DNA of 64,000 bases from Bugula neritina (lineage: Eukaryota > Animalia > Bryozoa): positions 6,872,722 to 6,936,721 of the forward strand of contig OZ037766.1 of assembly GCA_964035545.1 (NCBI GenBank). Direction: 5' to 3'. The position numbers and the translations under genes were made by a program. Under the pieces are notes generated by a model. That model saw nothing but the letters and a program-made list of their open reading frames with translations, searched no databases and was not told the origin of the DNA. Position 1 is the first letter of the stretch, and each line of letters starts with the position of its first letter. Of the stretch, positions 1 through 14,188 are shown one piece after another.

Positions 1-359
1 AGCAGAAAACGGCTTACTAATTGTGCTGTGTTACGTAGTACTGCAGTTTCTATTTATCAGACTAATATTAGAGATCATTTTCGCCCAAACTGCTTCGTAA
101 AATGTGACTCAAACATTCGAGTATGCGCCTACTTTTGCTAACCATGTGCTTGAGTGAGTTTTGTTTAGTGTGTATGCATCTCAAATAATGCTAAATATTG
201 TGGATTAAAGTATTTAGCAGTTATCTTCTCTGGTCATTTAGTGCTCGCAATATATGAATTGATTTAGGCATAATATCTATAATATACATCATATAATAAT
301 AATATAGTATTTCCTCTTGAGTTGAACCAATCATAGTTTACTTCTGCTTCCATTTCTAG

Positions 360-3267
360 ACGGTGGATTCCTGTGAAGCCAAAGATTGTAAATTTAGGTA
401 ACACCACGTCATATTATAAGCAAACAAGGTCAGATGTCATCCCTGAATGCCAGTCAATATTAACTAAATATGAGTAAGTTATTTGCAGCTTGGTAATGCA
501 TTTGGTTATACTTGTGTGCTTTGTTCCTTGTTGTAATGAAATTCGTTTTAAAGTAAAAGTCGTATTTTCAAATATTCTACATAATGGCGAAACATTGTAT
601 TTTAATTATTTTTTTGTTTTTACAATTACGTTAATTTCTACTTTCCCAATTTTCATACTTTATTAAACTCAGCTTGATCAACAAAATTTTAAGTGCTTAA
701 TGAAAACTCACGCAAGTTTATACTCACCATCCCTGTGAGAAACCCCTTACGGAAAGGGCTTTTGTTAAATCTGGCTAAGGATTTATTCATATGTGGTACA
801 GAAGCAATTATGAATGGATGCTCTTCCTAACATCACCAATAGCCTTTACTGGAGATTGATCCCATGACTTCAGGTTCACTAAGCTAGCATTCTAACCCCT
901 AGACCACAGTTGCTCCTGTTAGGTCCTGAATATGCTGATAGTAAATCCCGTTTACTTCTTAGGCCACTGTTAGTTGGTAAAGACACCCGGGATGTTGGTC
1001 GCACTGAGCAAATAGACAGTCTGGCAGGAGACATGTGTGCCAAGCTACAGGTATTTCTAGATGATTTATTTGAAGCGGTTATAATATGTAACATTACTGT
1101 GGTTGTGCAAAACTAGTTCTATTTTTAACTCTAAATTGTTTGTGGTAGCAATAAGTTACTTTCAGAATGCAAAAAACAATAAACATTATTGATATTGCTT
1201 TACAACTTGAAAGTCATTTAGATTTGTCTTCTCAATGAAGTATTTAGTTATAAAACACTCTGATTGGACTGTTCAAATAATACGTTGAGTAATAGCTCTG
1301 TGTACAAATGATTTATTATATCTATACCTATTTGGAATATTAAGTTCTTGGAATTGTATTGCTCTATGGCCTATGCAGTTGAGCTGTTTTCATATTTCTG
1401 TATAATATGCTATAAGACTTTTAAATAATACAAAATAAAAAGTAATGCCAATCTGCTTGCTAATTAGCCTACAATCTCTTATTTCATACAATCTTAGTTA
1501 TGAATGTGTTATTGCTTGCATATGCTACCAATGACAAGTGTGTTGTTGTAGGATATATATGTTGATATTGTAGGATATATGTTGATATTAAAGGATATAT
1601 ATGTTGATATTGTAGGATATATGTTGATATTAAAGGATATATATGTTGATATTGAAGGATATATGTTGATATTAAAGGATTTATATGTTGATATGGAAGG
1701 ACATATGTTAATATTGTAGGATATATGTTGATATTAAAGGATATATATGTTGATATTGAAGGATATATATGTTGGTATTGAAGGATATATATGTTGATAT
1801 TAAAGGATATATATGTTGATATTGAAGGATATATGTTGATATTGAAGGATATATATGTTGATATTGAAGGATATATATGTTGATATTAAAGGATATATAT
1901 GTTGATATTGAAGGATATATATGTTGATATTGAAGGATATATATGTTGATATTGAAGGATATATATGTTGATGTTGAAGGATATATGTTTATATTGAAGG
2001 ATATATATGTTGATATTAAAGGATATATATGTTGATATTGAAGGATATATATGTTGATATTAAAGGATATATATGTTGATATTGTAGGATATATGTTGAT
2101 ATTGAAGGACATATGTTGATATTAAAGGATATATATGTTGATATTGAAGGATATATATGTTGATATTGAAGGATATATATGTTGATATTGAAGGATATAT
2201 ATGTTGATATTGAAGGATATATATGTTGATATTGAAGGATATATGTTTATATTGAAGGATATATATGTTGATGTTGAAGGATATATGTTCGCAAGTTGAG
2301 AAATCTGAGCTAGAGGTCAGTGCTGTAGAAGCAGAGATCTCTGAGATGAAACGAGTTCTGTGTGCTACCATATCCAGTAATCAGGGTGGTGATGATGTTG
2401 AGTTGACAGACTCTGAGCCATCATCAATTACAGACAATAATATGGAACCTTCTGCAATCGTCCCCAACCAGGAGAATGTAGAAGTTGTGCTCCCTTTAAA
2501 TAAGAAAGGTGAGGCTAGGAGTATCAAGAAACTTCTTTCCGCCCAAAAAGAATATTTCTAGTATATTTGTAATCCAGTAATTGCAGCAAACTGAATCATT
2601 TGAACCGAACTATGTTTGTAAATGACTTAGTTTTGCGATAATTTTATACAAATGTAATGTCTGGTCATAGTGCAAATAAGAAAGTGATATTCATTGCTAG
2701 TGCTGATGGCACTATTTGCACAGTGTTTTGTGTCTCAACTTCACTTTGAAATGTGAAGATGTAAATATTGCATATACCAGAATGCCTCTGTTTTTACAGT
2801 ATAATGCATTCTAATCAGTTTAATTAGCTACACCATCACTGTATAAAGTTGTTTTTACACTATTGTTACTTTTAAGCTGTAGGTAAACATAATACTGTTT
2901 TTAAATAACTTTCTTTTATGTTTGAAATACTATTACAGAGTGTTCTAAAATAACATAATTTGTACTTGTAGTAGTTAATCAGGATGCAGAAATGTGCCTT
3001 ATCGACCTATCCGAGCAACATGGCGCAAGTAACAAGCCAGGTGCAGCTGCACCAAGCAATTACAAGAAAAATGACTCTTTTGCTTATACAAACTTGAACA
3101 CAGGCAGTACAAATACACAGTCTTACAAGTCTAAAGTTGATGCTACAATCAACAACTATTTAGGTGACCAGTCATTTAGACAGAAGCCGACTAACCTTCA
3201 GCTAGATGCGCCACTGAGTGACCCTGACAACCTGTCATTATCTCCCCCTAGCTCTCCGGTCTACTGA
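360..3267 (+). CDS. 3' part of an unidentified multi-exon gene (exons 360-473, 963-1050, 2280-2508, 2972-3267); coiled-coil segment then low-complexity C-terminus
   Basis: GT-AG junctions with compatible phases give RWIPVKPKIVNLG...ILTKYE/PLLVGKDTRD...CAKLQ/DICSQVEKSELEVSAVEAEISEMKR.../VVNQDAEMCLID...PPSSPVY*. The start lies upstream of the window. No family recognised. Confidence 0.65.
715..916 (-). mobile_element. tRNA-derived SINE, degenerate, with a MetaSINE-like central domain
   Basis: Minus strand: GGAGCAACTGTGGTCTAGGGGTTAG (A-box-like), then GGGATCAATCTCC (B-box-like), then TTGGTGATGTTAGGAAGAGCATCC. A related copy lies at 54168-54340. Confidence 0.6.
1541..2290. repeat. Minisatellite, roughly 34 copies of a 20/22-bp unit GATATA(TA)TGTTGATATT(G/A)(A/T)AG
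   Basis: Directly visible tandem array. It generates the spurious ORFs 1708-2112 and 2060-2371. Confidence 0.97.
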
Positions 3268-3605
3268 TTCTGACTCTAGCAGCGTGCATATGTGATACTT
3301 TTATTATTTTTGCAAATAAATTCAGTAATAGAAATTCAGTTATTAACCACAAAATTGCTATGGCTTGTCTTGTGGTTGGAATACATAGGGGATCATATAT
3401 ATTTATTGCTTCAAGACTGCTGTATTACATTTATTTGCTCAGAAGCCTTGTCAACTTTACAGATGTAAATCATCAGTAGATATCATATTATGTTGAACAT
3501 ATGACCGGCTAAGTTATGTTTCACTTTTCTGTAAAATAAATTCTCATTACAGTTCAAGTTGACTCTGTATTGGCTACAAATTTTCAACAATCTTCAGTCT
3601 ACATT

Positions 3606-4635
3606 CTATAATTTTGGGAGATAATCAAAAGTTTCAACATTAAGAGTTGTCTTGTCATTCAATAGTGATGTAATTTCCTCTATTTCAGCAGATTCAGATT
3701 GCGCACCAGAATTGCTAATTAAATCATCAGATATAGTTGTTTTACGAGTCATTTTTGGCTTATTGAACTCTCTGAATAAAGCAGATGTTGTTTTTCTGCG
3801 AATTTGATCATATTCTGGAAATTTAAGGTTTTTTAAAATCCACTTTACTGTCTGTTTTCTTCTTTCCTCTGGCGACCATTTGTGAATCAGTTTGTCTTTT
3901 TCTTCTTCATAGAATTTCCGTATGGAATAATAACTTGTGCAGTTACCTGGTAACAGTGATTGGTACTCTTTACTAGCTGTCCTAGCATTCATAGCAGTGT
4001 GGGTTCTTTTCACCTTCATCCGTGGCTTTACTGGTGTCTTTGCCATATCTATTGGTGCCAATGGCAATGATTGGGGTTGCTTTAAATCCCTAAAAATGTC
4101 TCGATCATTTTCAACGTCTTGCAAGCAATTCTTAACATGAAATGGATCAGAATGTCTTTCTTTGGCAGACCATGATTTTAATCTAGACTTTCGGACTGGT
4201 GCTAGCATTTTAGCGGGAGTCTGACACAGTTGTTCGGTGTTCATGATGTTTGTATAACAAGGTTTGTTTCGTCTCTTATCTGTGCTTACTAAGCTGTGAT
4301 CTTTGTATACTACTGTATATGCTTGAATGTCTCTAATTTCCTTTTGCAGGTCTTTGATCTGCAAAAATATTGAACATAACTGTGCTTTGAATCATGACAT
4401 TTTTGTTCATCTTTGGCATCAAGCATAGCAGCTATAGATAACTCATTTGCAATTGCAGTAAAATTTTTAATAAGTTTAGAACATTGACCTGCTTTTCTAG
4501 GTCACCAGCAGCTCGTTGCTCTGCACTATCAAGTTTCCTGATGTCTTTGATGAACTTTTCTTTAATTCTGTCATTCTTCTGCAGCATTATCTGTGTTGCA
4601 TCAGGTCCAACTGCTTTACTTTTTGGTGCTGCCAT
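3606..4635 (-). CDS. Uncharacterised ~299-aa basic protein with N-terminal coiled coil (exons 4635-4489, 4358-3606)
   Basis: MAAPKSK...DLEKQ|gt...cag|IKDLQKEIRD... joins two track ORFs in phase 0, giving a 900-nt CDS. Confidence 0.75.
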
Positions 4636-7600
4636 ACTTTAGATCAACGAGCTGAATCACTTAGTGCTAGCAGGTGTCATAGAAAGCTCTGCAAAACAGC
4701 AGTTTAAGTAATGTAATTAGGTAACCCTAGCACAAATGTATGTAAACCAATAGAATATTGTTGGCAAATTTTAATAGTCGAAGCTATAAATTTATATGTT
4801 AATACCTTTATTAACCTAACAAAATAATAGCCTATAGTTAGAATGTATACATACATTATATATTTTGTAAAGATTGATGATACGTTTTGCAGCAGCTGCT
4901 GTTGTGACTCACCACACAGTTAAGAAATTGTTCCAGCTTGACGCAGCTTCAAATAATGAAAGATTTTTTAACTTGCATGTGTTTGTCTGGTTAATAGGTA
5001 ACTCAAGTGTATTATATTCGCAGACCCAAGTAAAACTATTTATGTAAATAGAGGCAATACAGCTAATATACTTGAGATTTTATTGAATACAGAATATACA
5101 GTTACAAAATAAATTATAGGCAACATTTATGGTAATAACATCGGTTTGTGTGCGCAGTGCTTAATGCTTATATAATGGTGTTCAAGTGTTCAAGTGAAGC
5201 ACCTGGCAAGAAAATCAAAAATATATTGTAAATGGTTTACATAATAGCTGTTCTATAGCACCTGGTTAACTTGGAGAAGTAGAATACTGTTTATAGCAAG
5301 TAAGGATTATACAAGCTTGCCACAGCATTTTTTTTTCACGAAAGCATGGCTACGAGAATCAAGATAAAGTGGTGCGTTGGTTATATGCACACTATTAGTT
5401 TAATTCTTCCAGTAGAACATCCCATGTTATATTATTTACCATGAAAAATATTTTTGGACACTATATTCTTCATCGAACTAGTAAAAAATTGATGTCTTGC
5501 AACAAATAAACTATAAATACAAACAAGTAAAGTAAGCTGTTGTTAATACTAAAAAGTAAACATTTTAATAATGCAATGTATTGATAGTGTGAAGATTTAA
5601 CTGTTTATTTTATAAAACTGTAATACAAAAACTAAACAGTGGAACCTTCTGATATTCAGGTCTATCCTACTAGGTAAACTATTTAGCTGTACATGCGTTA
5701 TTGAAGTAGTTCTATATGCAATTCTATCTTCATTCTTTTGATTATAATATTATGCTTGTAAAGAATATATCAAAACAATTTACTTACCAATACAAAATAT
5801 GCACACAAGCTATTTTGCAAAAGTACCAGATTTGCTGAAACGAAGTCTATATGTAGAATTGAAAATTCTTACATACATAAAACAACATTGTATGTGCACA
5901 GTTCAGCAACTAAAGTTCTGACAATTGTATGATGCGCACACAGTTGTATTGTTAATGAAATGCCTTCTTATTGATGCTCAATTATTGATTTGGATAATGT
6001 TTCCATAACAAAACGTGAAACATAATATGTTTTCATCATATGTACCAGTGCAACGTCTTTTAAAGATACTAATTTGTCTAATGATTTTTCTGCTACATAA
6101 ACGCTCAACAAACATTTCCATATATGTAATATATAATTTCTAACTGTTTTTATTACGCATTAGGTAATTTCTTTAGCCAACAAAACGGACACATGACTGC
6201 TAAAATAAGGACTGCACTTTCTTAAGGTTCATTATTGCAAGCACGTTCATAATCAATAATGTGTCATTGAAATAATTTTTTTAAGATATTAATCAATTGA
6301 TATGTAACTGAGACTTACAAGTTGTGCTGCATTGTAAGCACGTTTGTTGTATTGACTATTGATGTTCGTGACAACAAAATATCTCTACTTGAAGCACACA
6401 TAATTTGTGATAATAAGCTAGATAATATTTAATATACTGTTACATGACTGTTATTACATATATTATATAATATACATATTATTAAGTTTTCTGCATAAAA
6501 ACTAACTATACAACACAATGCGCTCTTATCATGCACACGGTAGATGTATAACTTATCTATATATCAACTTAAATTAGATGAGTTTGCAACTATCTATAGT
6601 GACAATTTTTTTACTCAAAAATCTCTATCAATACTTCACAGGCCTAGTAACTATTGTTCAAGTTGGCTTAAAATACTGGGGACAAAAAGAAGTGACTTAT
6701 ATCCCAACATGTATTTGCTCACCAAAAACACAAAACTTTCTTGATTGAGTCAAGCCATTATTATATGATTTCCATTAAGAAAAGAACTTGAATCAACTCA
6801 TATGTTTGTCTCAAAATTGCAACTCTGCAAGACTTCTTATTAACATGGATGCTAAGTACTGTGCATTTCCCCTCCCCCACCTGATGGCAGCCTGCAGTTT
6901 TGAAGGACATTCGTTGACGTTGCCACCAGGTGCTCTTTCAGATATCGCCAATGGTTCATCTGCACAGAACATGTGGACTACTTAGGTGGTCATACTGGAC
7001 CAATCATTTAAGTTCCAACTACCATAGACTACAGAGTCATAAGATTTTGATCTTAATTATTATTTTACTGCTGAGCATTATTTGATCAACATTTTTGGTT
7101 TGAGTGCATCTTTGAAACTAGTGGCGGAAAGCTTTACAAATATAATTTATCTAATCTACAGATATATTTATTAGATATGCATGTGCATAGGCTATTTATT
7201 TCAATAGCTTATAGCCCATATATTATTGTAATAGAAACATATAGAACATATTACTTAAATCTTCTGTTACTTTTAATTGAAAGAAAGTGCATCACAGAAC
7301 TTCTTTGGCAAAGCAAACCAAATTTATTGTTTACATATTGTGACCATTGCAAGAGTTGGTATTTATTAAAAAACATGTTAACATTGTAAATTTAGCAAGG
7401 CTTGTGCCCATCATTAAAAAACATTTGCTGGGAAAAGAAATACATTACTTGATTTAGCTGAAAGTTATTTCAGACTTATTAGGATATGCCCTCTAGTGTT
7501 AGAAACTTGAAATGTTTTTATTTTGAGTCTTTAGTTACCTCATTGAAATTACACAATACATTGCACACTGGTACATTCCTTACATTATTGACTGAGGACA

Positions 7601-7886
7601 AACTACTTACAGTACAAGATAAAAATGATATTTTCAACCATCAACCATGTAGTTTGTATGCGCGAGGTTAACAGAGTATGGTATATATTTATGTACAGGC
7701 AAAATAGGTACACAGACAGACTTTTTAACAAAATTGTACCTAAAAGATATGAGATTAAAGGAAATAAAACTGGTGTGTTAGTCAGCAGTTGAATATAGCT
7801 CAGAGTATTCCGATACACCTAATTTGTGGTGTACACAACTCCGGTTGTAATCGTTATCCTGCCACAGCTATACACTCGAGAAGTTG

Positions 7887-10624
7887 TCATTCTATGGCCA
7901 TGAGCTCCACTTCAAATATAAGAGTGGCATTGGGCGGTATTCTGCAATACTGGGTCAAGGAATACAACCGATGGCAGTAAAATAAATTTAGCTACAAACC
8001 AGAGAAATAACTTTTTCAACAGTAGATGCTACTTTAAAAATATTTAATGTTACTTTTTTCTAACTTAGATATAGCTGATAAGGTGAGAAAATAACTCATA
8101 ATTATAAAACATTTACATGTTATGTTAGCTGAGTTTGTGGCAATAGTTTGTCACCAGTTAGGTACACATAGGATGTTACAGCCACAGGTGAGCACTTACT
8201 AAGAATGTCTAGTAACTAAACTCAGCTATTATATGATTTCTTGTTCACTGCATTTTTATCCAAGACCAACAGATTTTACTAAAAAGGACTGCATGAAAAA
8301 CATAATGTTACTAAATTTACTGTCCAATATATTCACTATTAGAAATATTACCCACACAATTTTTGGACACTGAAATTTAATTAGCATTGACTGACATCAC
8401 TTATAAAAGTGATAACCACATCTCAGCACAAAGGATACTTTCCTTCCAGCCCTCGTTTACCATATGCCCATTCAGGCTCAATGGTAATCTGTGCCTTTTC
8501 TCCCAAACTCATTGTGAGCAAAGCTTCATCCCACTGCAAAGTACAAAATCATATTTTAATGGCTCAGCCAATAAGGACTGCAAGAAGCTGCTACTATTGC
8601 ATTTACTGGAAGAAATTGAGAGATGAATAAAAAGGAATACCAGAAATTATTTCTATTGAATCTTTTAGCCAAGGCCTTGTCTACTAGGAGTAATAGTGTG
8701 CAGGATATGATGGGTGGAACTAAGGCTTGAAGTCATTCAAATATATATAATAAAGCTAGAAAACAAATCCAGGATAGACTAAAATTTAAACCAAACACCA
8801 TCAATTAATCTAATAATACAATCAGACTAAGCAGTTTTAAATGTGTGAATTCATGAATTAATCTGTGGAAAAAACTACAAAAATTTTCAATTGAAGTGAA
8901 CACCAATATTTTAAGACTTGTAACTGCAGTCACCTAGTAGTGTTTTTATTTTGAAATTCTAAAGGCTGAAAAGTTTTTACGCCTAAAATTACATTTAGCA
9001 AACAAGAGTCCAGTTGGCTGTCATCGTTAATTGAATTCCATAAGTACAAAACTGTGAACCATCAGATATGTTTACAATAAAACCCAGAGAAAATTGTGTT
9101 TTGCTCATCAATCAATCAATCAATAACTATATGAGACTGACCCCTCTGATGACCAGACCTTTCCCAACTTTGAATGCCAAGGGTTGAATTTTGCCTCTTC
9201 TTTGAGCTGCCAACACAAACAAACCCACAACATCAACACAATTTCCAACAAGTAACCAACTTAAGGTCATCAAACTTTAGACTAGTAAAATGTGTTAAAA
9301 CATGTCTGAAATTATCCTCCACCTAAAGTTGGCAAGGATAAAACATATTCTTATTTACAGAAATATTGTGAGGTGATCTAATGTATTTATTCAAAGCAAG
9401 GCTAGTTATTTCCACCATTTCCTCAGCTGCTTTACATGTTATTAACCCCAAAAGAAGTATAGTTAAGTAGAAAGAAGTGGACACCTACGGTGAATATTTG
9501 TATCAAATACAGTGCCATTCACCAGAGAGCCCTTGTAGTAGACTTTGACAGTGTCGCCTTTCCTTGGGTAGTTCAGTTTGTTACCTTTCTTGAGCACAGA
9601 TTTTTTGAACTTGGGAGTCTCAGTCTATAATATAGCAATTTAGTTTGAAGTAAACGAAAATAGAAAGACTTGACAGCTTTTAAATTTATTAATTAGTAAA
9701 AGAAACGGCATGCAATGCCTGCTTTATTTCAGTTTTTAACCAGACTTCAGTTTAGTGCACCATAGGAGCTAGCCAGTAGCTCAATGAATACTATATACTG
9801 TGTGGGCAGAACAAACAACCTTGAGCATTACATGCACATGTACAAACTAAACCCACAGTTGTGTGAAATGCAGTCAACAATGATAAATCAAGCATCACAC
9901 AGCTAGTAATATAGTGGTATATACAACACTTCACCAACTACTAAACTACGTAGTCTACATACAGCTATATCTAGATTGGCAGCACTCTCTGTAACAGCTG
10001 CAACTGCATCTTTATCTGCTGCCGCTGCTTTGGCCGATTCGTCTAGTTCACCCTCTTTACGGAAATCCTGCAAAAATATTTTCTCTTTTAAAATGAAACA
10101 GAAAAACATGTCCCTGAGTCAGAAAAATCAGCCATTATAGTTGATTAGTGCAAATCAGCAATCAGTAGCATGCATAAACTTTACCTTTGATTCGCAGAGT
10201 TGCAAATAATATTTGACGCAATCGTCTTTAGACTTTACTTTAGCTATGTTCTTCAACGCTCCTTTTAATTTATTGTCAGCCAAGAACTATGAAAATATGA
10301 AAATGTTCCAGCCATAATATAAATATAAATACGTGCCTTTTTATAAAATATACAAATATGGTTTAGTCAGAACTATAACAGTTGATAAAATACAGCTCCT
10401 GTTTGCTTCTAATATCTCAACCCCACTCTCTGCCCTGCCTTTGAATTCTAAATCTGTGAGATTAAAACTATATGACAGAATTTCTCAATTGGATTAGATA
10501 AACATTAAATGACTACTTTAAATGAAGCGTGCTCCTGCAGCCAAGTGATGATTTCCTTCTTTCCCACTGCATCTCCTTTAACAACCTCTTCAGTCCACGG
10601 CAATTCAGGGGTTATATCAGACAT
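7887..10624 (-). CDS. FKBP3: Peptidyl-prolyl isomerase FKBP3/FKBP25, 221 aa (exons 10624-10517, 10286-10185, 10067-9963, 9624-9489, 9206-9142, 8533-8439, 7941-7887)
   Basis: N-terminal helical domain WTEEVVKGDAVGKKEIITWLQEHASFKFLADNKLKGALKNIAK. FKBP domain KKGNKLNYPRKGDTVKVYYKG..VFDTN..LAFKVGKGLVIRGWDEALLTMSLGEKAQITIEPEWAYG..IPPNATLIFEVEL. All phases consistent (666 nt). Confidence 0.95.
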
Positions 10625-11109
10625 GGCTAAAGATTATCTACAAAAAATCATTCAGGATACAAAACCAACAAAGCTACCTGCAAATTTTAGCCCATGAAGA
10701 TATGAATAGTTTTAATTAGTGATAAAATTGTTGCAGTAGATAACAACCAGCTATCTCGACGACCAATAATGAACAGCAACATTCCTGTTTAGTATTTTCA
10801 TCGGAAGTTAGATTGTATGTAAAGTGCCAAGCACACTTAGGTGATACATACAGTAAAATAAACTGGGAGAGAAATTTTAAAATTGCTAGAAAAGTTGTTT
10901 TTTCTACTTTTAAAGGCAAGTCCTCTAAACTTAGAAAACTCAAAACTAGTTTTCAGGCTTATAATTAAGTTACAAGCTTTTCAATACAAAATGAGTGAAA
11001 ACAATCATTTGAAACATGTAAAATATTGAAATTATTTTGTAAACCATGTTATATCAAAACTAAAATTAGTATGAGTATCCAGTTCTGCTGTAGCAGTTTT
11101 CAAAATCAA

Positions 11110-11880
11110 ATCTATTACAATTACTATTAGTATTATAATTAAGTTTGGTTAACCAATACTAATAGTAATACAATAATAATAGTAATAGACATAGTGATAG
11201 TAAATGTAATACTAATTTACTCTAATGCCTAACGCTAATGGAGTACTTAGTGATAGTCTTATAGTTATACTTATAACATTAACTTGACGATATTCAATTT
11301 CAAACTGATACTATAACTATTGCCATTGGTATTGCCATTGGTATTACTATTACTATTAGTATCACTATACTATTAGTATTAGTATATAACATATTGATAT
11401 TGATATTATCCTTATTACTATTACTATTAGTATTACTATTAGTATTACTATTACTATTAGTATTAGTAATACTACTCAATCTCAAAGTCATAATGATATA
11501 TTGATAGTCTTTGTCCCTGTGATCGTCACTGTCAGTACGAGTATTACTATTGTTATTAATACTATAATTATAATAATTGACCGAATCATTGAATATGATG
11601 GTGCATGAGTATGGCTATGAGTATGAGTATCACTATCACTATCAGTATGAGTATGACTATGAGTATCAGTATGAGTATGTATTTACAATTTAGTTTTACT
11701 ATTTTAATTTAATTTTATTTGTATGCTTCCAAGTTTTATTGATTATTCATTTCTGATTTGACACAGATTTCTGTCATTTCTGCAGACGCAGTAGAGTATA
11801 GACGTAGTCGTAGAACTAAAAGTAAAAGTAGAAGTAGAAGTAGATCAGAAGCTAAAACTAAAAGTAAAAGTAAAAGTCAG
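11110..11880. promoter_or_regulatory. 6-bp-periodic A(C/G)TA low-complexity tract upstream of FKBP3
   Basis: Runs of ACTATT/AGTATT/AGTATG/ACTATC/AGTAAA/AGTAGA. The tract is seen directly; the regulatory role is inferred from position. Confidence 0.45.
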
Positions 11881-13685
11881 ATTGAGATTTATGAATATTA
11901 AGTTCAACAACCATAACATTTTGATTTGGTGGTATGAAAACATTACAAAAATCAAACCAACTAAAAATCATGAGGATGAACACATGGTGATCATGATGGT
12001 CGCCATAGCTATAATTCTATGACCTATTCGAATGAAAACGCATGGTGTTGAGGCATGGTTGGAAATCAGACAAGGGAGCGTACGTGCGTCACGCGGGATT
12101 AAAATTGGTCGGCTATGGTAAAAATTGGAGTTATCTTTCGAGCGTAGAAATCTGCTTTTGTTTTAGACATGATAACTCTTAAATTATGACAAGTTTTTCA
12201 AACATACGTTTTTGTAAATTATACTATAAAAATTAGTCCTCATTTTCTATTATAAAGCAGCTGGTGCTTCGTATTGCACAGCATATACTGCAATGTATGC
12301 CAAACTGGTACAGTTTAGATTTCGATATAATTAATGAAACCGGATCCACAAAAACATGTGGATTATCTGGTTGCAACTGGCAGTACAACCATTAATCTAG
12401 TGATCAAGATTGGGAAGTTGGTTAGTTATGTAACAAAAATCACTCTAAACTGTTGTTCCCTGCTTGATTTAATCCTATAATATTAAGTATTAACAGAGCT
12501 TGAACTTGGGAGCTTTGAGAATGCATGTGTGACAAGTTTATACCTTATCGATAAATTAGTAAGCCTTTTATGTTTTGAATAACAAATATTACTGAATATC
12601 ATTGAGTTTTTAGTTAATACAGCTTCATCCTTTGATTGTATGTTTCAACCATGCAAGTAAATGTTGAAACTGTTCTAGACATTATGATTGAAAGTGTGTT
12701 TTAAATGATAGTATAAAATGAACAATTACATGCCATTAGTTTCGTTATACAAAGTTGATATTTATTAATTTTAGTCTCATAAAATGCAACATAACTGATA
12801 CTGATGACTAAGCAGAGACACAAAGGAAAAATTGGCTTGGTCAATGTTTTTGGAGTTGTCTACTCTCTTTAAGAACTGTAGAATCTTCAGATACAATTCA
12901 ACTACTGTAGAACTTTTGTTCAACACAACTTTTAGCAACTATATAAATATGTAAGGGACACCAACACGTTTACATTTGATAACTCAAATATACTATGTAG
13001 CAATGCTATAATATGTCATCAAGGCCTTAAATGAAGATAATACCAATATACTAGTTCATTCTAGTTGATATTATTATCATTATATTATTATGTTGTTGGT
13101 CTGTTGATATACAAAAACAATAAAACCCTTCCCAATGTTTCAGTTATCATATAATGACCAGTTTATAATCCAATCATTTGATCCTAGTCAGCATTGTCTC
13201 ACAAGCTATATCACAATCTAACAGCATAATATATTCATATGGAAATAATTTCACACCTTTCTGATGTGATATTACATTATGACCAATAGTACTGAATGGC
13301 CTCTGTGTTATTAAAGCCATATTATATCAGCCACACACCTTCGAGCTTGTCATTAACACATGAAACAGTGATTTCATTTTACACGCTGATTGATTTCTTT
13401 TTCTTCAAAGGTAGACGTGAGTGTTAACTTAACACAGAAGTTAGAATCTATTAAACAATTTAGTGGTAGACTGAGCATCACAACAAAAGTACCACTATAA
13501 ACTTACACTTTATGTCATGACTACATATTATACATGGTTATTCACATGTGTGGATTATATGCTTAATGTTATATATGATTGCTTCATACCCCTATACAAC
13601 AATTTGGTTCCAAAGTTGTTGAAATGCTAGCCATTTATATTTACTTTTTAGAATGCATTTCAAAATAAATTTTACACCTATATTT

Positions 13686-13787
13686 TATACACACACACGC
13701 ACTCGTACATGCACGCACATACACACACACACACACACACGCATGCACACACACACACACACGCACGCACGCACACGCACAAACACG
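13686..13787 (+). repeat. (CA)n/(CACG)n microsatellite
   Basis: Visible in sequence. Confidence 0.95.
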
Positions 13788-14098
13788 TATTATATATAAT
13801 AATATTTCCAACAAGAAGATATCAAGGATGCATCAAATAAACTCTCTTGTGTTTGAGAAGACGACTACAAACTATAAAAAGTATGCGAGACAGGCAGTCA
13901 TATCTTAAATCCCTTCAGTCATAAGTTTCATGTTTTTAGTGTTAAACATTCATAAATAAATAAGCTTGTTATTATCGAGGGCTTCAAAACAATCTTGACA
14001 GGTCAGGCCCAAACCATAATTTGTTTATGCAAAATATATAAAACTTGATTATATACAATGCAGTATGTAGGAAATGTCTTGAAGTTTGAAAATTATAT

Positions 14099-14150
14099 TG
14101 TGTGTGTTTGTGTGTGTTTGTGTGTGTTTGTGTGTGTTTGTGTGTGTTTG

Positions 14151-14183
<33 letters not shown>
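14099..14183 (+). repeat. (TGTGTGTT)n/(TG)n microsatellite
   Basis: Visible in sequence. Confidence 0.95.

Positions 14184-14188
<5 letters not shown>

Noticed and set aside
673-962. Possible coding exon, or extension of ORF 910-1116
   Set aside because: All frames from the acceptor at 672 hit stops, the region is mostly an antisense SINE, and only the acceptor at 962 matches phase.
1541-2290. CRISPR-like appearance of the repeat array
   Set aside because: No unique spacers, no cas genes, eukaryotic context.
1708-2371. Minus-strand ORFs of 134 and 103 aa (ISFNINIY repeats)
   Set aside because: Translations of the minisatellite, antisense to a real exon.
6788-6985. GC-richer 65-aa ORF between the orphan gene and FKBP3
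   Set aside because: No recognisable motif or consistent splice partners.
11300-11491. Low-complexity ORFs in hexamer tracts (also 51200-51418, 51522-51713)
   Set aside because: By-products of the 6-bp periodicity; no splice or homology support.
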